Source: Octopus sinensis
Lineage: Eukaryota
Reading direction: 5' to 3'
DNA: 64,000 bases
NCBI RefSeq assembly: GCF_006345805.1
Contig: NC_043007.1
Span: 70,680,001 to 70,744,000, forward strand
The notes beneath the pieces are model-generated. The model saw nothing but the letters and a program-made list of their open reading frames with translations. It was not told the origin of the DNA and did no database searches. A program made the position numbers and the translations under genes. Within the stretch, counting starts at the first letter, position 1. Every line of letters begins with the position of its first letter. Shown here piece after piece: positions 22,361 to 36,499 of the stretch.

Positions 22361-24360
22361 TCATCATCATCATCATCATCGTTTAACGTCCGTCTCCATG
22401 CTAGCATGGGTTGGACGGTTTGACTGGGGATCTGGGAAGCCAGAAGGCTGCACCAGGCTCCAGTCTTATCTGGCAGTGTTTCTACAGCTGGATGCCCTTC
22501 CTAATGCCAACCACTCCGTGAGTGTAGTGGGTGCTTTTTACGTGCCACCTGCACAGGTGCCAGGCGAGGCTGGCAACGGCCACGGTCGGATTGGTGTATT
22601 TTATGTGCCACCGGCACGGAAGCCAGTCAAGGCGGCACTGGCATCGGCCACGATTCGGATGGTGCTTTTTACGTGCCACCGGCACGGAAGCCAGTCGAGG
22701 CAGTGCTGGCATCAGCCACGATTCGGATAGTGCTTTTTACGTACCACCAGTCCAGGGGTCCTGGCATCTGCCGGGTGCCAGTCATAGGATTGGTTCAATT
22801 TCGATTCCGATTTCGATTTCATTTGCCCCAACAGGTCTTCGCAAGCAAACAGGTCTTCGTTGGCATGGGTGCCTGTCGTCGGATGAGGTTCGATATCGAC
22901 TTCGCTTGCCTCAACAAAGGGAGGAAAGGCATGCATAAGCTGGCTGGACTCACTTGTCCTGCCTGGTCTTCTCACGCACAGCATATTTCCAAAGGTCTCG
23001 GTCACTGGTCATTTCCTCAGTGAGGCCTAAAGTTCGAAGGTCGTGCTTCACCACCTCGTCCCAGGTTTTCCTGGGTCTACCTCTTCCACGGGTTCCCTCA
23101 ACTGCTAGGGATTGGCACTTTTTCACACACCTATCTTCATCCACTCTCGCCACATGACCATACCAGCGCAATCGTCTCTCTTGCACACCACAACTGATGC
23201 TTCTTAGGCCCAACATTTCTCTCAAGGTTCTAACACTCTGTCGAGTATGCACACTGACATTACACATCCATCGGAGCATACTGACTTCATTCCTCGTGAG
23301 CTTACGCATGTCCTCAGCAGTCACAGCCCATGGCTGTTTATACACATGCATCATACAGTCTGCCTTTTACTCTGAGCGAGAGGCCTTTAGTCACCAGCAG
23401 AGGTAAGAGCTCCCTGAACTTTGCCCAGGCTATTCTTACTCTAGCAGTTACACTTTCAGCACACCCACCCCCACTACTGACTTGGTCACCTAGATAACGG
23501 AAGCTATCAACTACTTCTAGTTTTTCCCCCTGGAAAGTGACGGAAGTTGTTTTCTGCAGATTTTCAGAGTTTATTGCTCCTGAGCATCTGCCACATACAA
23601 AAACTATATTCCCAGTTAGCCTTCCTTTGACATTGCTGCACCTCTTATGTGTCCATAGCTTACACTGGGTACATCTTATAGAGATTCTACCTACACCTTT
23701 TCTACAGATCGAGCAGGGCCATCTTCCTGAAGACATTTGTGGTTTGTCTACCTTCCTACTTATTAGTACTTTGGTTTTAGCTAGGTTGACTCTAAGGCCC
23801 CTCGATTCTAATCCCTCCTTCCACACCTGAAACTTCTCCTCCAGTTCTGATAGTGACTCAGCAATTAGAGCAAGGTTGTCAGCATAGAGGAGCTCCCAGG
23901 GGCAACCTGTCTTGAATTCCTCCGTAATTGCCTGGAGGACTATGATAAATAGGAGGGGGCTGAGGACTGACCCCTGGTGGACCCCAACCTCTACTTTGAA
24001 TTCTTCTGTGTACATGTTGCCAACCCTAACCTTACTTACGGCATCCCTGTACATGGCTTGCACAGCTCTCACTAGCCATTCATCTATCCCTAGTTTCCTC
24101 ATTGACCACCGGATAAGGGATCGGGCGTCCCTGTCAAAGGCTTTCTCCATGTCAACGAAAGCCAGGTACAGGGGCTTATCTTTGGCTAGGTATTTCTCCT
24201 GCAGCTGTCTCACCAGAAATATGGCATCAGTGGTGCTTTTCCCTGGCATGAAACCAAACTGCATCTCGTCCAAGTTGACTCTCTCCCTAATCAGTTGGGC
24301 TATGACCCTCTCTGTAACCTTCATTACCTGATCCAACAACTTGATACCTCTGTAATTATT

Positions 24361-24361
<1 letters not shown>
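22358..24361 (-). mobile_element. 5'-truncated RTE-clade LINE with 3' UTR and (GAT)n tail
   Basis: RT motifs NYRGIKLL, QFGFMPGKST, FVDMEKAFD, GVHQGSVLSPLLF, YADN (mutated YADD), Cys-rich insert, RLRWYGHV..GRGRPRKTW; one frameshift near 23350; stop at 22950. Confidence 0.92.
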
Positions 24362-24430
<69 letters not shown>

Positions 24431-24492
24431 ATATATATATATATTATATATATATATACATATATATATATGTGTATATATATGTATATATA

Positions 24493-25115
24493 TACTCTTT
24501 TACTTGTTTCAGTCATGTGACTGTGGCCATGCTGGAGCACCGCCTTTTAGTTGAGCAAATCGATCCCAGGACTTATTCTTATTTCTTTATTGCCCACGAG
24601 GAGCTAAATATAGAGGGGAAAAACAAGGACAGACAAAGAGATTTGTCGATTACATTGACAGTACTTAATTTATCAACCCCGCAAGGATGAAAGGCAAAGT
24701 CGACCTCGGCAGAATTTGAACTCAGAACGTAGTGGCAGAAGAAATACCACTAAGCATCTTGCCTGGCGTGCTAACCATTCTGCCAGCTCACTGCCAGGAC
24801 TTATTCTTTCTAAGCCTAGTACTTATTCTATCGGTCTCTTTAGCCGAACTGCTAAGTTACGGGGATGTAAACACACCAGCATCAGTTGTTAAGCAATTTT
24901 TGGGGGACAAACGCAGAAACACAAACACACGCACACACATATATATATATATATACATATATACGATGGGCTTCTTTCAGTTTCTGTTTACGAAATCCAC
25001 TCACAAGGCTTTGGTTGGCCCAAGGCTATAGTAGAAGACATTTTGCCCAAGGTCCCACTGAACCCAGAACCATGTGGTTGGTAAGCAAGCTACTTACCAC
25101 ACAGCCACTCCTGCA

Positions 25116-25118
<3 letters not shown>
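24493..25118 (-). mobile_element. SINE family B interrupted by SINE A
   Basis: Family B halves either side of 24581-24793. Confidence 0.85.
24581..24793 (-). mobile_element. SINE family A with 15-bp TSD
   Basis: CCAGGACTTATTCTT at 24566-24580 and 24794-24808. Confidence 0.9.
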
Positions 25119-25158
<40 letters not shown>

Positions 25159-25401
25159 GGAGCCAAATGAATTGAGAATCAAGTGTCTTGACTACACACT
25201 TCATCCAAACCATCAGTTGTTCAACCAATAAAAATCTGTTCACTTAAGTTTCCAGTGTCCTATTCAGTTTAGCAGTAATATCCTGTTTACTCTGTTTAGT
25301 TGATGATTCACTCTGACCAAATGAAAATGTGTCATTCTAACTCCTCATAATTCAGTCATTAATACCGAAATTCAATCCAGATGTTTCCATATAGCATTTA
25401 A

Positions 25402-25621
25402 TCCTTTAGTGTTCAGATTATTCTCTCAAAAGTAATGCTTATTTATACACACTGCTTTGATTTAATCCTGCATTATCTTGTAACTTTGAGATTTTGATGA
25501 AGTAATTCTTAATTTTTAGAATGATATTGTAGGGTTGGTGTAAGAGGCCAGATCTGATCAGTTGGGACATAAAACAGGTAGAATATTTTGGCCAGATACA
25601 GATAGTTTAAAGGCTAAAGGG
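25402..25621. mobile_element. piggyBac-type MITE
   Basis: TTAA (25398-25401) then TCCTTTAG...CTAAAGGG then TTAA (25622-25625). Confidence 0.65.
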
Positions 25622-25811
25622 TTAAGATACTTTATCTGTACAAATTTGACCTAAACATCTGCTCTGAGTATGTCTGGAAGAGAAAAGAAATGTGGGGGGG
25701 GGGGGGTTGTACTGGGTAAAATTTTCAAGATTATGTTTATAGCTTTTGGTTTTAAAATTAATTTTATAATTATCACTCCTAGCATAATAAATGGCTAATT
25801 GTTTGAGATGT

Positions 25812-26135
25812 GAAGGCATGTGGCTTAGATGTAAGGGAATTTGGTTTATGATTGTAAGGTTGTGAGTTCAATTCTTGACAGCACATTGTGTCCTTGAGGA
25901 AGGTACTATTTCATTTTGCTTCAGTTCACTCAGCCAGCAAAAAAAATGAGGTGTACCAGTAATTCAAAGGGCCAGCCTTACCACAGTGTGTGTCATAATA
26001 AATATCCCTGTGAACTATGTTATGGGTTTGTGTGTCTGTGGAGTGCTCAGCTACTGACACATTAATTTCACAAGCTGGCTGTTCCATTGACTGGATTAGC
26101 CAGAACCCTTGTTGTTATAACTGATGGAGTTCCAG
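25812..26135 (+). mobile_element. SINE family D
   Basis: Homologous to 1603-1882. Confidence 0.7.
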
Positions 26136-26218
26136 TTAATTGTTAGACATGTAATGACACCATATCAGTGATCAAGTTACTGGTGGCATGACAAAAGATT
26201 TTCACACCAAATAAGAAA

Positions 26219-26608
26219 TCTCTCTCTATATAAAGCTGAAGTTGTCTGTTTATGGCAGGTTTGGTAGCCTTCAACTAACACTATCTCCTCCAAGACCCTG
26301 CGATGCAAGTTGACCAGAATTGAGAGTATGATAGGAGAAGGCTTGCTCTTCCTTCCATAGAAGAAAAATTCAAATTGAACCATGTTAACACCAAAAATTA
26401 TTTACATCAAAAAGGTGCTTTTTTTCTATGAAAATCCCTATTTTTTACGATTTTTTTACTGCTGTGTCACCATTTTTTGGTGTATTTCAACCAGAAAAAT
26501 GTTCACTTAAAGGGAATAACAAGCTACATAATGCAAAATTTTTACTTTTCAAAAATTTCAATTCTAAAGGGTCGAAACAACCCGAGCAACGCTGGGTGAT
26601 ATTGCTAG
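26219..26608 (+). mobile_element. Non-autonomous Helitron
   Basis: A|TCTCTCTCTATATAAAG 5' end; 3' imperfect hairpin CCCGAGC-AAC-GCTGGG then CTAG|T (26605-26608). Confidence 0.8.
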
Positions 26609-27125
26609 TGTTTAAATAAATTTAACAGTTTTTGTGTGTTTTTGAATGGTTAAAATGTATCTTCAATTTACACCAAAAAAAATCAATTAATTTTTTTGAA
26701 AGGGTTACAGACAAAAATGGAACAAAGTCATACATGATAAAAGAGGTCTCAACTCAATCAGAGTATGCTAACATGTTACGTTTACTTGTTTTTTTTTTTT
26801 TTTTTGATAGGGCAATGAGTAAAGTTGACCATCAGATACTTTAGTTTAACTCACTGCTTTGTGTTCAAAAGAAAATATTGATTTAAGTATTAAGAGATGG
26901 CGATAGTTATTTACAATTGGATCTGATTCAGGAACCACAACATTTCATACAATGGATTCTTTGAATCACAAATTTGATGCTGAATCAGGGCTTATGCAAC
27001 AGATTTGAATCTATCTCAAAGCTTGACAGATGCTACACTATCAGGTTACAGAAAGTCTCATGTACTCTCTCTACCAGTAAAGTTTTTAATTTGATGCTTC
27101 TTTTACAGATAGAAAATTATTACAA

Positions 27126-27157
<32 letters not shown>

Positions 27158-27280
27158 ACAACAGCAACAACAACCACAACAACAACTACAACATCTGTTA
27201 ATTCATTTAAGCAAACACTTTTTTCTCTCTTATAATGATGACAAGAAATCTAAACATATACATATATATATTCATATATA

Positions 27281-27326
<46 letters not shown>

Positions 27327-28111
27327 TGTCTTTATAAGAGCTATCTTCTTCATAAAGGAAGAAATTCTTTCTGCTGCAAGCATGGAACACGGATGTTAAA
27401 ATGATAATAATCTAATTTAGTCTTCTATGAATTTTTCCATTAGAAAATTCTATGAAAAAGAAAATTTGAGCATAAAATGTAATATGTTTTGTGATAATGA
27501 GTTTGTGTATTAAATACCATAGTTTAAACTCTGATGATATTTTTAGTTTATTAAAACCATCTGCTGCCACTCAGTGCATGGAACCATGCACCTATTTCTA
27601 TGTACCATGAACATAATCCACATGTCTCTCTCATAAACACAAGCACATGCATACACAGATGCATGCTTACACACATGCATGCATGCACACATGCACGCAC
27701 ACACACATGCATGCACGCACACATGCACGCATGCACACATGCATGCATGCACACACACATCGATTCAGTTTTAAAATCTTAAAATGTTCTCCCCATCTTA
27801 CCAAAATCTCTTCAAGAATCTTTTGTCATGGAAAAGTTCAAAGAATTTTAAATATGTTTAACACTTCCAGAAAAAAAAAATGCTCCAGAAATTAGAATTA
27901 TGCAGCAAATAATTTCCCCCACAAAAAAAAAAAAACTACCATAAATTTCATTTACTTCAGTATTTTTTAGATGAGATAAATCTCCACAAAATCTTTGAGA
28001 ATTTTATGAAGGAACCCACCAATATTTTTATAGAACAATTCCCTCCAGTTATGAATGACAAAATTTAAACAATGTCACAAACATACACATACCCATATAT
28101 GTGTATATATA

Positions 28112-28152
<41 letters not shown>

Positions 28153-28190
28153 TATATTATATTATATGTATATTAAAATTTCTCTCTCTT

Positions 28191-28220
<30 letters not shown>

Positions 28221-28225
<5 letters not shown>

Positions 28226-28475
28226 CGTAAAAAGCATCAACCAATCATGGATGTTGCCAGCCTCCTCTGGCCTCTCTGCTGGTGGCACGTAAAAAGCACC
28301 CACTACACTCATGGAGTGGTTGGCATTAGGAAGGGCATCCAGCTGTAGAAACATTTCCAGATCAGAATGGAGCTTTGTGCAGCCTCCTGGCTTCCCAGAC
28401 CCCGGTCGAACCGTCCAACCCAACCCATGCCAGCATGGAAAATGGACGTTAAACGATGATGATGATGATGTTGGT
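28221..28475 (+). mobile_element. RTE LINE 3' UTR fragment with (GAT)n tail
   Basis: Matches the 3' UTR of the 22358-24361 element. Confidence 0.8.
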
Positions 28476-28575
28476 GGTGATAAATATTAGGGAATAAATC
28501 CAAACTTACAGGGAAAAATCAGATTTAGGATAGAATCCAATTTTATAGTAAAATATTATATTATATTAATATTAA

Positions 28576-28741
<166 letters not shown>

Positions 28742-29359
28742 GTATATATATATATAATATATATATATATTGTTGCTATTATGCAAAAGTATAACTCCAA
28801 AACATTACTTTTTTCAGAAAATGAAAAAATAATTTCACCATTCCCTTTCTTTTTACATTAGTAACAGTTTCAGCTTTGTCAGGTGTATAAAATCGTAATT
28901 TCAGGCATGTATGATATTTTCAGTCAGAAATATTTTTGCAAAACTGGTGTATATGGGGCTTACTACACTTTTGGAAAATGCTAAACTGTTGTTCTACACT
29001 TTGACAATTTTCATATCTTGGCATCTGAAGCAGCTGGAGATACGATAGTTTAACCAAAAGATGTTATTGCAAGCAAAATTAAATATTGAAAAAAGTACAG
29101 TAGGCCAAATTTGGACAAACAGCAGTTTAACATAATAGCAGTGATATATATATATCTATTAAGAGAAAGAAGGCAGTCAAGATTTGGATAAAAACTATTT
29201 TATTGAGTTCTTTTGTCCTTTTATGGTATTCATGTGAATTCCTCAAAGTATTCATGTGAATAAAGGAAACGCATAAGAAGTAGTTTTTGTCCAAATCCTG
29301 CCTCCCTTCTTTTATTAATATATAAAATCTGTACACCACTTTAAACAATCTATACTTAC

Positions 29360-29566
29360 ATATATTTCTTTACTACCCACAAGGGGCTAAACACAGAGGA
29401 CAGACAAAGGGATTAAGTTGATTACATCAACCCCAGTGCGTAAGTGGTACTTAATTTATCGACCCCGAAAGGATGAAAGGCAAAGTCGACCTCGGCTGAA
29501 TTTGAACTCGGAACGTAACAGCAGACGAAATACGGCTACGCATTTCGCCCGGCGTGCTTGCCACCT
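29360..29566 (-). mobile_element. SINE family A
   Basis: Reverse-complement match to family A. Confidence 0.85.
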
Positions 29567-29595
29567 TATATACATACATACATACATACATACAT

Positions 29596-30470
29596 AATCA
29601 TCATCATTATTTAGCATCTGTATTCCATGCTGGCATGGGTTAGATAGTTTGACTGGAACTGGTAAGCTGGAAGGCTACACCAGGCTCTAGTCTAATTTTG
29701 GTTTGATTTCTACAGCTGAGTGCCCTTTCTAATGCCAATCACTCCAAGAATTTAGTGGGTGCCTTTTATGTTGCAGGCACAGGTGCTTTTTATGTGTCAC
29801 TGTCTGTCAGATGTGCCTTTTACATATCACTGGCACAGGTGCCTTTTATGTGCTACAATCACAGGTGCCTTTTACATGCCACCAGCACTGTCAATGACTA
29901 CAATTTCACGTGAGTTGACAAGTCTTCTCAAGCACATCAAACCACCAAAGGTCTCTATCATTTGTTATCACCTCCATCGGATCCAACATCCAAAGATCAT
30001 ATTTCACCACCTTCTCCCAGTTAGGGATCGGCACTTTTTATGCAGCTGTACCTGTCCATACACATCAGATGACCATACCAGTGCAGTCTTCTCTCTTGCA
30101 CACAACATCTGATGCCTCTTATGTCTAATTTTTCTCTCCAGATGCTTACAACCCTGTCATACATGTTCACTGATATTGCACATCCAGCAAAACATACTAG
30201 TGTCATTTCTTTCAAGCCTTCACATGTTCTCTGCAGTCACAGATCATGTTTCACTGCCATGTAGCATGGCTGTCTGCACACAGGCATCACACAATCTGCC
30301 TTTCAGTGTGAGGGAGAGGCTCTTTATTACCGACATAGGTAGAAGCTCTCTGAACTTTGTCCAGCTTGTTATTATTCTAGCAGTAACACTCTCAGGGCAT
30401 CCACCTCCACTGCTGACTTGGTCACCCAGATAATAGAAGCTATTATGCACAACACACTGTATAGTCCCTC
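29596..30470 (-). mobile_element. Older RTE LINE 3' fragment
   Basis: FYYLGDQVSSGGGC..SVTARI, VQERRLHWYGH; same family as 22.9-24.3 kb, more decayed. Confidence 0.8.
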
Positions 30471-32780
30471 TACAGTGAGAACTTTCCCTACTTCAACCTC
30501 TTCACTCACACCTTAACCCTCCTTGGGTTTGGTGACTTGCAAGCTACATGGTGATCTCAATAGTGCTGGTGGCAAAAAAAAAAAAAGCACCCAATACACA
30601 CATATTTCAGCAGGAAAGTAGTTTTCTGCTGGTGTATTGAGAACACCAGATTAAGAAACCCACAAATTATAAAAACATGTTCTAGCTATATTATTGCACC
30701 CCTTTTAAATTGTTGATTTATTTTAAATTGGTTGAAACATAAAGGTAGTCTATTCTTGCTAGAAATAAAGAAGGGATATACTGGGACAATCACAAGAACC
30801 AACTGAATATTGGAATGTTTCATTCAGAAACACTTGACTATTATTGTTTTAGATTCTTTACTACTAGAAATAACAGACTTCGAGCATGAGACAATGACAT
30901 AGACTGTTGGAGGAATTAAGAGTTGGAGATAACAGAAAATTGTTGGCAACAAAACGATCATCTGTTTATAAATCTTAAATGAGAGAAAGTAAAACTATAT
31001 TTCTAACATGAGATTTTTACATGGAACCAGTTGCTCTGCCAAGTAATTTATACCATTGTTTTGAATGAAAATAAATAATAAAATATTGAGTATTGTTGTT
31101 GCTGCTGTTACTGAGTATTCTCAGTTGAATAGACCAATGAATAAATTTAACTGTTCATATAATTGTTTGGTCAGCATTTCATTATGGGACAGTCTAAAGG
31201 ACAATACAAAGATTACATTGTGTAACATGATTTGTAGTTTTTCTTTTTTATCTTTGGTCAGTATGGGTTATTTTCTATTTGCTTCTATCTAGAAATCAAA
31301 GGAAGTGACTACTATTCCCTTTAAACTTTGGTTTTGCAACCTGGACATCAATGTTTTGATCTTTTTTCCATTATATTTCAAACATATTCAGTTCTGAGTC
31401 GCTGAAGTAGAAATATCGTTATAGCAAATATTCTGCTCAACACCATAGATTTGCTTGTCAGTAGCTCGACCATAACCACTTGAGCATGTCCTTTAGTGGC
31501 TGATAATAAGTGCATCTCTGATCACAAGCAGTAGAAGTCATCTGTTCAGAGGGATTCTTTGGGGTTGAATGAATGTAATATAAGCAAAGTTTGGAGGAAA
31601 TAGAAGAAAAATTGTTAATGAAGTAAATAGTTGAAGATGATTTTCAAGGAAGATTTGGTTGTTAGAGAGAAAGAACTAGAACTGTCTAATGTTGGATAGA
31701 ATGTTAAGAAATATTTTACTTTCACTTTTGTCTCTTCAAATTGTTTACTGACAATTGTTTCTGGAAATAATTTTAAGCAGTACTATATATGTGTGCTGTG
31801 CAATTTCATATAAAAATATGTTTTATTATTTGAGAAAATAGTAAATGTTTATTCACTAGATGCAACAGTAAATTACAAATCACCAGAGGAAAAGCAATTA
31901 ATCATATCTTCTGAGGTATTTTGATAACACTAGAATTATTTAAAAGCTGTAAATTTATGTTTTTTAAGACAATTTGTATATTTATTGGGAATGGGAGGTT
32001 CAAGGGAGGTTTATTCAAAGCCATGTCAATTATATTTCTTTCAAAATAGTTTCGATGTGCAGAATTCTTCCTCATTCTTGTTGACTTTACTGATAGTCTT
32101 GGACTTATTACCAGGAAGAAGAAGAAAAAGGATAAAAAGGAGGAGGAGAAGGAGGAGGAGAAAGAGGAAGAGGAGGAGGAAAGTAGTGATGATGATAATG
32201 ATTATACACACACACATGTATATACATACATATACATACACACACATACATACATACATACATACATACATACATACATACACACACACACATACATATA
32301 TATACCTAAATATAATTGTTGTATTTCAGAATGGTCATTCTGCCAGTTTAGCCAATAAAAACACATGCACTATATATTTGGTGTTACTTTGCTTCAGTGT
32401 TATTTATTTTTTACATTAATCTTAATCTTATTTCAGTCAGAGTTCTTTCGTCACACTCCTCTGACCACATCAGTGGTCCTTTGCTTTCTTCTTTCTTATT
32501 TGTGTCTCTCCTTAGTAACCGTCAGCCATTTTGTATTTCTATTGTATGTGTCTTCATTTGCACATGCGTATATCTCTATGTGCGTCTATGTTTAGTTAGT
32601 GTGTATGTGTGTGGGGGGAATGCCTGTAATATTTGTATCTTCTGTTTAAATACGTTCGTGTAATTTGTTTTTATTTCTTCTTTTTTTTTTAATTTAAAAG
32701 ATTTCTTTTAAATTTAAAAATTAAAAAAATTTTTTTAATTTAAAAATGTGTGTATATATGTATATATATATATATATATT

Positions 32781-32828
<48 letters not shown>

Positions 32829-32910
32829 ATATATATATACATATATATATGTATACATATATATATGTATATATATGTATATATATATATGTATAATATA
32901 TATATATATA

Positions 32911-32998
<88 letters not shown>

Positions 32999-33093
32999 GT
33001 ATATGGGCGAGTCTGAGACTAATGAGTCAGGTACTTGTAATGATTTTGTAAGTTGCGTGGGAGCCAAATCAAACTGTTTTGAATAATCATAAT

Positions 33094-33136
<43 letters not shown>

Positions 33137-33138
<2 letters not shown>

Positions 33139-33755
33139 TAATTGTCATCATTTAATGTCCATGTGCACCAATGTGTGTTTTGGCCTGGTTTCTACTGCTG
33201 GATGTCTTTCTTAGTGCTGACCACTTTACAGAGTCTACAGTGTGGTTTCCTTTTGTAGCACCCGGTTGCTATGCAACATACAGGATATTAACCTCTGCTG
33301 AGGAGGAGTCAGCCTCATGCTAATGGATGAGTGGATTGAAGTATGAGAAATGGGTAGGGCCATGATGCAGGTTCTTGTAGAGGATCTGCTTCATTATTCA
33401 CATCTGGTTGAGAAAGAGCTGAACTGCAAGATGTGTGTGTGTGTGTGTGTGTGTGTATGTAAATCTATGATTATGAATAAAGATGTGTAGATGCAATGGG
33501 TTATGTTTTTAACCTTCTCAGCCAGAAGAAGCAAGTATAGCCTTTAATGGGTTGATATTAACTTTCTTTCAAGTCAGACATCAGATCAATATGGCCACAC
33601 TGCTGAAATATGCTAAATCTGATAGCAACATCTCCGGGGACGATGGCTAAATGGATGAAATTTTCTTTTTGCTTTTTCCTTTTTAAATACTTATCTTAAT
33701 AACAATATTGCTAACAACAATGGTTGTGGGTGGTGGGGAGATGTTGTTGCCATTA

Positions 33756-33787
<32 letters not shown>

Positions 33788-34706
33788 GGTGGTGGTGGTG
33801 GTGATGGTGATGGGGTGGTGGTAGTGGGTGTGTGTGTGTGATAATAATGAGTTTTAATATTTTATAAATGCTTGTAAATATTTGTTGTTTATGTAAAATG
33901 TGAGATTTATTATTTTTTTTTTTGAATGCTGTGCAAACAGGATCTGGTATGAGTAAAATGGTTGGTTATTTATTTTTCCCTATATTAAGATATTAGCTAA
34001 GCTAACTGTTGAATTGATGTATGTCTAATTCTGAAGTAATTTTGAATACTTTGAAATCCATGCTGAGCTATTTTGATCATGTACATGTGATTGTTGTGAA
34101 AAAGTATTAATCTGACTTATCATTGTTCTATACATGCAAATATTTGTATGTGAACATGCGAATCTGTTTTGTACAGGTATGTATAATTATTTGCATTTAT
34201 ATTTCCCATGTATTGTGCTGACAAAGGACAAAAGCTATTTTCTATGGCTTTAATTTAGAAATTGGACGCAATTCACAATTAAAGTGGAATCTTTTCAGTG
34301 GTTTTTCACTTGCCCACCTACAATCCGTGTATATTTTTTGAGTTTTTTGGTAGTCTGTGAATGCCTTGGCATTTTCAAGCATGTTGGTGATAGGCCATTT
34401 TTTTAGCCCTAGCTCCCTTAATATAATTATATACATGTATATATAATTATTAATTTGATATATATATATATATATATACTCTTTTACTCTTTTACTTGTT
34501 TCAGTCATTCGACTGTGGCCATGCTGGAGCACCGCCTTTAGTCGAGCAAATCGACCCTGGGACTTATTCTTTGTAAGCCCAGTACTTATTCTATCGGTCT
34601 CTTTTGCCGAACCGCTAAGTGACGGGGGACGTAAACACACCAGCATCGGTTGTCAAGCAATGCTAGATGGACAAACACAGACACACAAACACATACACAC
34701 ACATAC

Positions 34707-34739
<33 letters not shown>

Positions 34740-36267
34740 CATAATTGTCATCATTTAATGTCCATGTGCACCAATGTGTGTTTTGGCCTGGTTTCTACTG
34801 CTGGATGTCTTTCTTAGTGCTGACCACTTTACAGAGTCTACAGTGTGGTTTCCTTTTGTAGCACCCGGTTGCTATGCAACATACAGGATATTAACCTCTG
34901 CTGAGGAGGAGTCAGCCTCATGCTAATGGATGAGTGGATTGAAGTATGAGAAATGGGTAGGGCCATGATGCAGGTTCTTGTAGAGGATCTGCTTCATTAT
35001 TCACATCTGGTTGAGAAAGAGCTGAACTGCAAGATGTGTGTGTGTGTGTGTGTGTGTGTATGTAAATCTATGATTATGAATAAAGATGTGTAGATGCAAT
35101 GGGTTATGTTTTTAACCTTCTCAGCCAGAAGAAGCAAGTATAGCCTTTAATGGTTGATATTAACTTTCTTTCAAGTCAGACATCAGATCAATATGGCCAC
35201 ACTGCTGAAATATGCTAAATCTGATAGCAACATCTCCGGGGACGATGGCTAAATGGATGAAATTTTCTTTTTGCTTTTTCCTTTTTAAATACTTATCTTA
35301 ATAACAATATTGCTAACAACAATGGTTGTGGGTTGGTGGGGAGATGTTGTTGCCATTAATGATGATGATGATGCTGGTGGTGGTGGTGGTGGTGGTGATG
35401 GTGATGGGGTGGTGGTAGTGGGTGTGTGTGTGTGATAATAATGAGTTTTAATATTTTATAAATGCTTGTAAATATTTGTTGTTTATGTAAAATGTGAGAT
35501 TTATTATTTTTTTTTTTGAATGCTGTGCAAACAGGATCTGGTATGAGTAAAATGGTTGGTTATTTATTTTTCCCTATTAACTGTTGAATTGATGTATGTC
35601 TAATTCTGAAGTAATTTTGAATACTTTGAAATCCATGCTGAGCTATTTTGATCATGTACATGTGATTGTTGTGAAAAAGTATTAATCTGACTTATCATTG
35701 TTCTATACATGCAAATATTTGTATGTGAACATGCGAATCTGTTTTGTACAGGTATGTATAATTATTTGCATTTATATTTCCCATGTATTGTGCTGACAAA
35801 GGACAAAAGCTATTTTCTATGGCTTTAATTTAGAAATTGGACGCAATTCACAATTAAAGTGGAGTCTTTTCAGTGGTTTTTCACTTGCCCACCTACAATC
35901 CGTGTATATTTTTTGAGTTTTTTGGTAGTCTGTGAATGCCTTGGCATTTTCAAGCATGTTGGTGATAGGCCATTTTTTTAGCCCTAGCTCCCTTAATATA
36001 ATTATATACATGTATATATAATTATTAATTTGATATATATATATATATATACTCTTTTACTCTTTTACTTGTTTCAGTCATTCGACTGTGGCCATGCTGG
36101 AGCACCGCCTTTAGTCGAGCAAATCGACCCTGGGACTTATTCTTTGTAAGCCCAGTACTTATTCTATCGGTCTCTTTTGCCGAACCGCTAAGTGACGGGG
36201 GACGTAAACACACCAGCATCGGTTGTCAAGCAATGCTAGATGGACAAACACAGACACACAAACACAT

Positions 36268-36290
<23 letters not shown>
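33137..36290. repeat. ~1.6-kb tandem (segmental) duplication, two near-identical copies
   Basis: 33137-34712 is repeated at 34740-~36290; offset 1603 falling to 1573 through indels; all junctions lie in (AT)n arrays. Confidence 0.9.
33574..33650 (+). CDS. Candidate terminal coding exon (xRHQINMATLLKYAKSDSNISGDDG*), unidentified; duplicated at 35176-35252
   Basis: Pyrimidine-rich acceptor ttaactttctttcaag, open frame to TAA, two intact CpGs, UTR-like downstream sequence; no homology recognised. Confidence 0.25.
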
Positions 36291-36312
<22 letters not shown>

Positions 36313-36478
36313 TACGACAGGCTTCTTTCAGTTTCCGTCTACCAAATCCACTCACAAGGCATTGGTCGGCCCGGGGCTATAGCAGAAGACATTTGCCCAA
36401 GATGCCACGCAGTGGGACTGAACCCGGACCCATGTGGTTGGTTAGCAAGCTACTTACCACACAGCCACTCCTACGCCT
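36050..36478 (-). mobile_element. SINE family B
   Basis: Full length; its 3' half is also present at ~34480-34712 as part of the duplication. Confidence 0.9.
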
Positions 36479-36499
36479 ATATATATATATATATACATA

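Noticed and set aside
24362-24492. AA/TT phase interruptions in (AT)n arrays throughout the window
   Set aside because: Consistent with slippage or long-read consensus error; no periodic code evident.
27109-27200. Strong acceptor followed by a CAA/CAG poly-Q frame
   Set aside because: No credible donor, and such microsatellites are common here.
29148-29325. Imperfect ~45-bp inverted repeat (possible MITE)
   Set aside because: Several mismatches and indels, no clear TSD; too weak to call.
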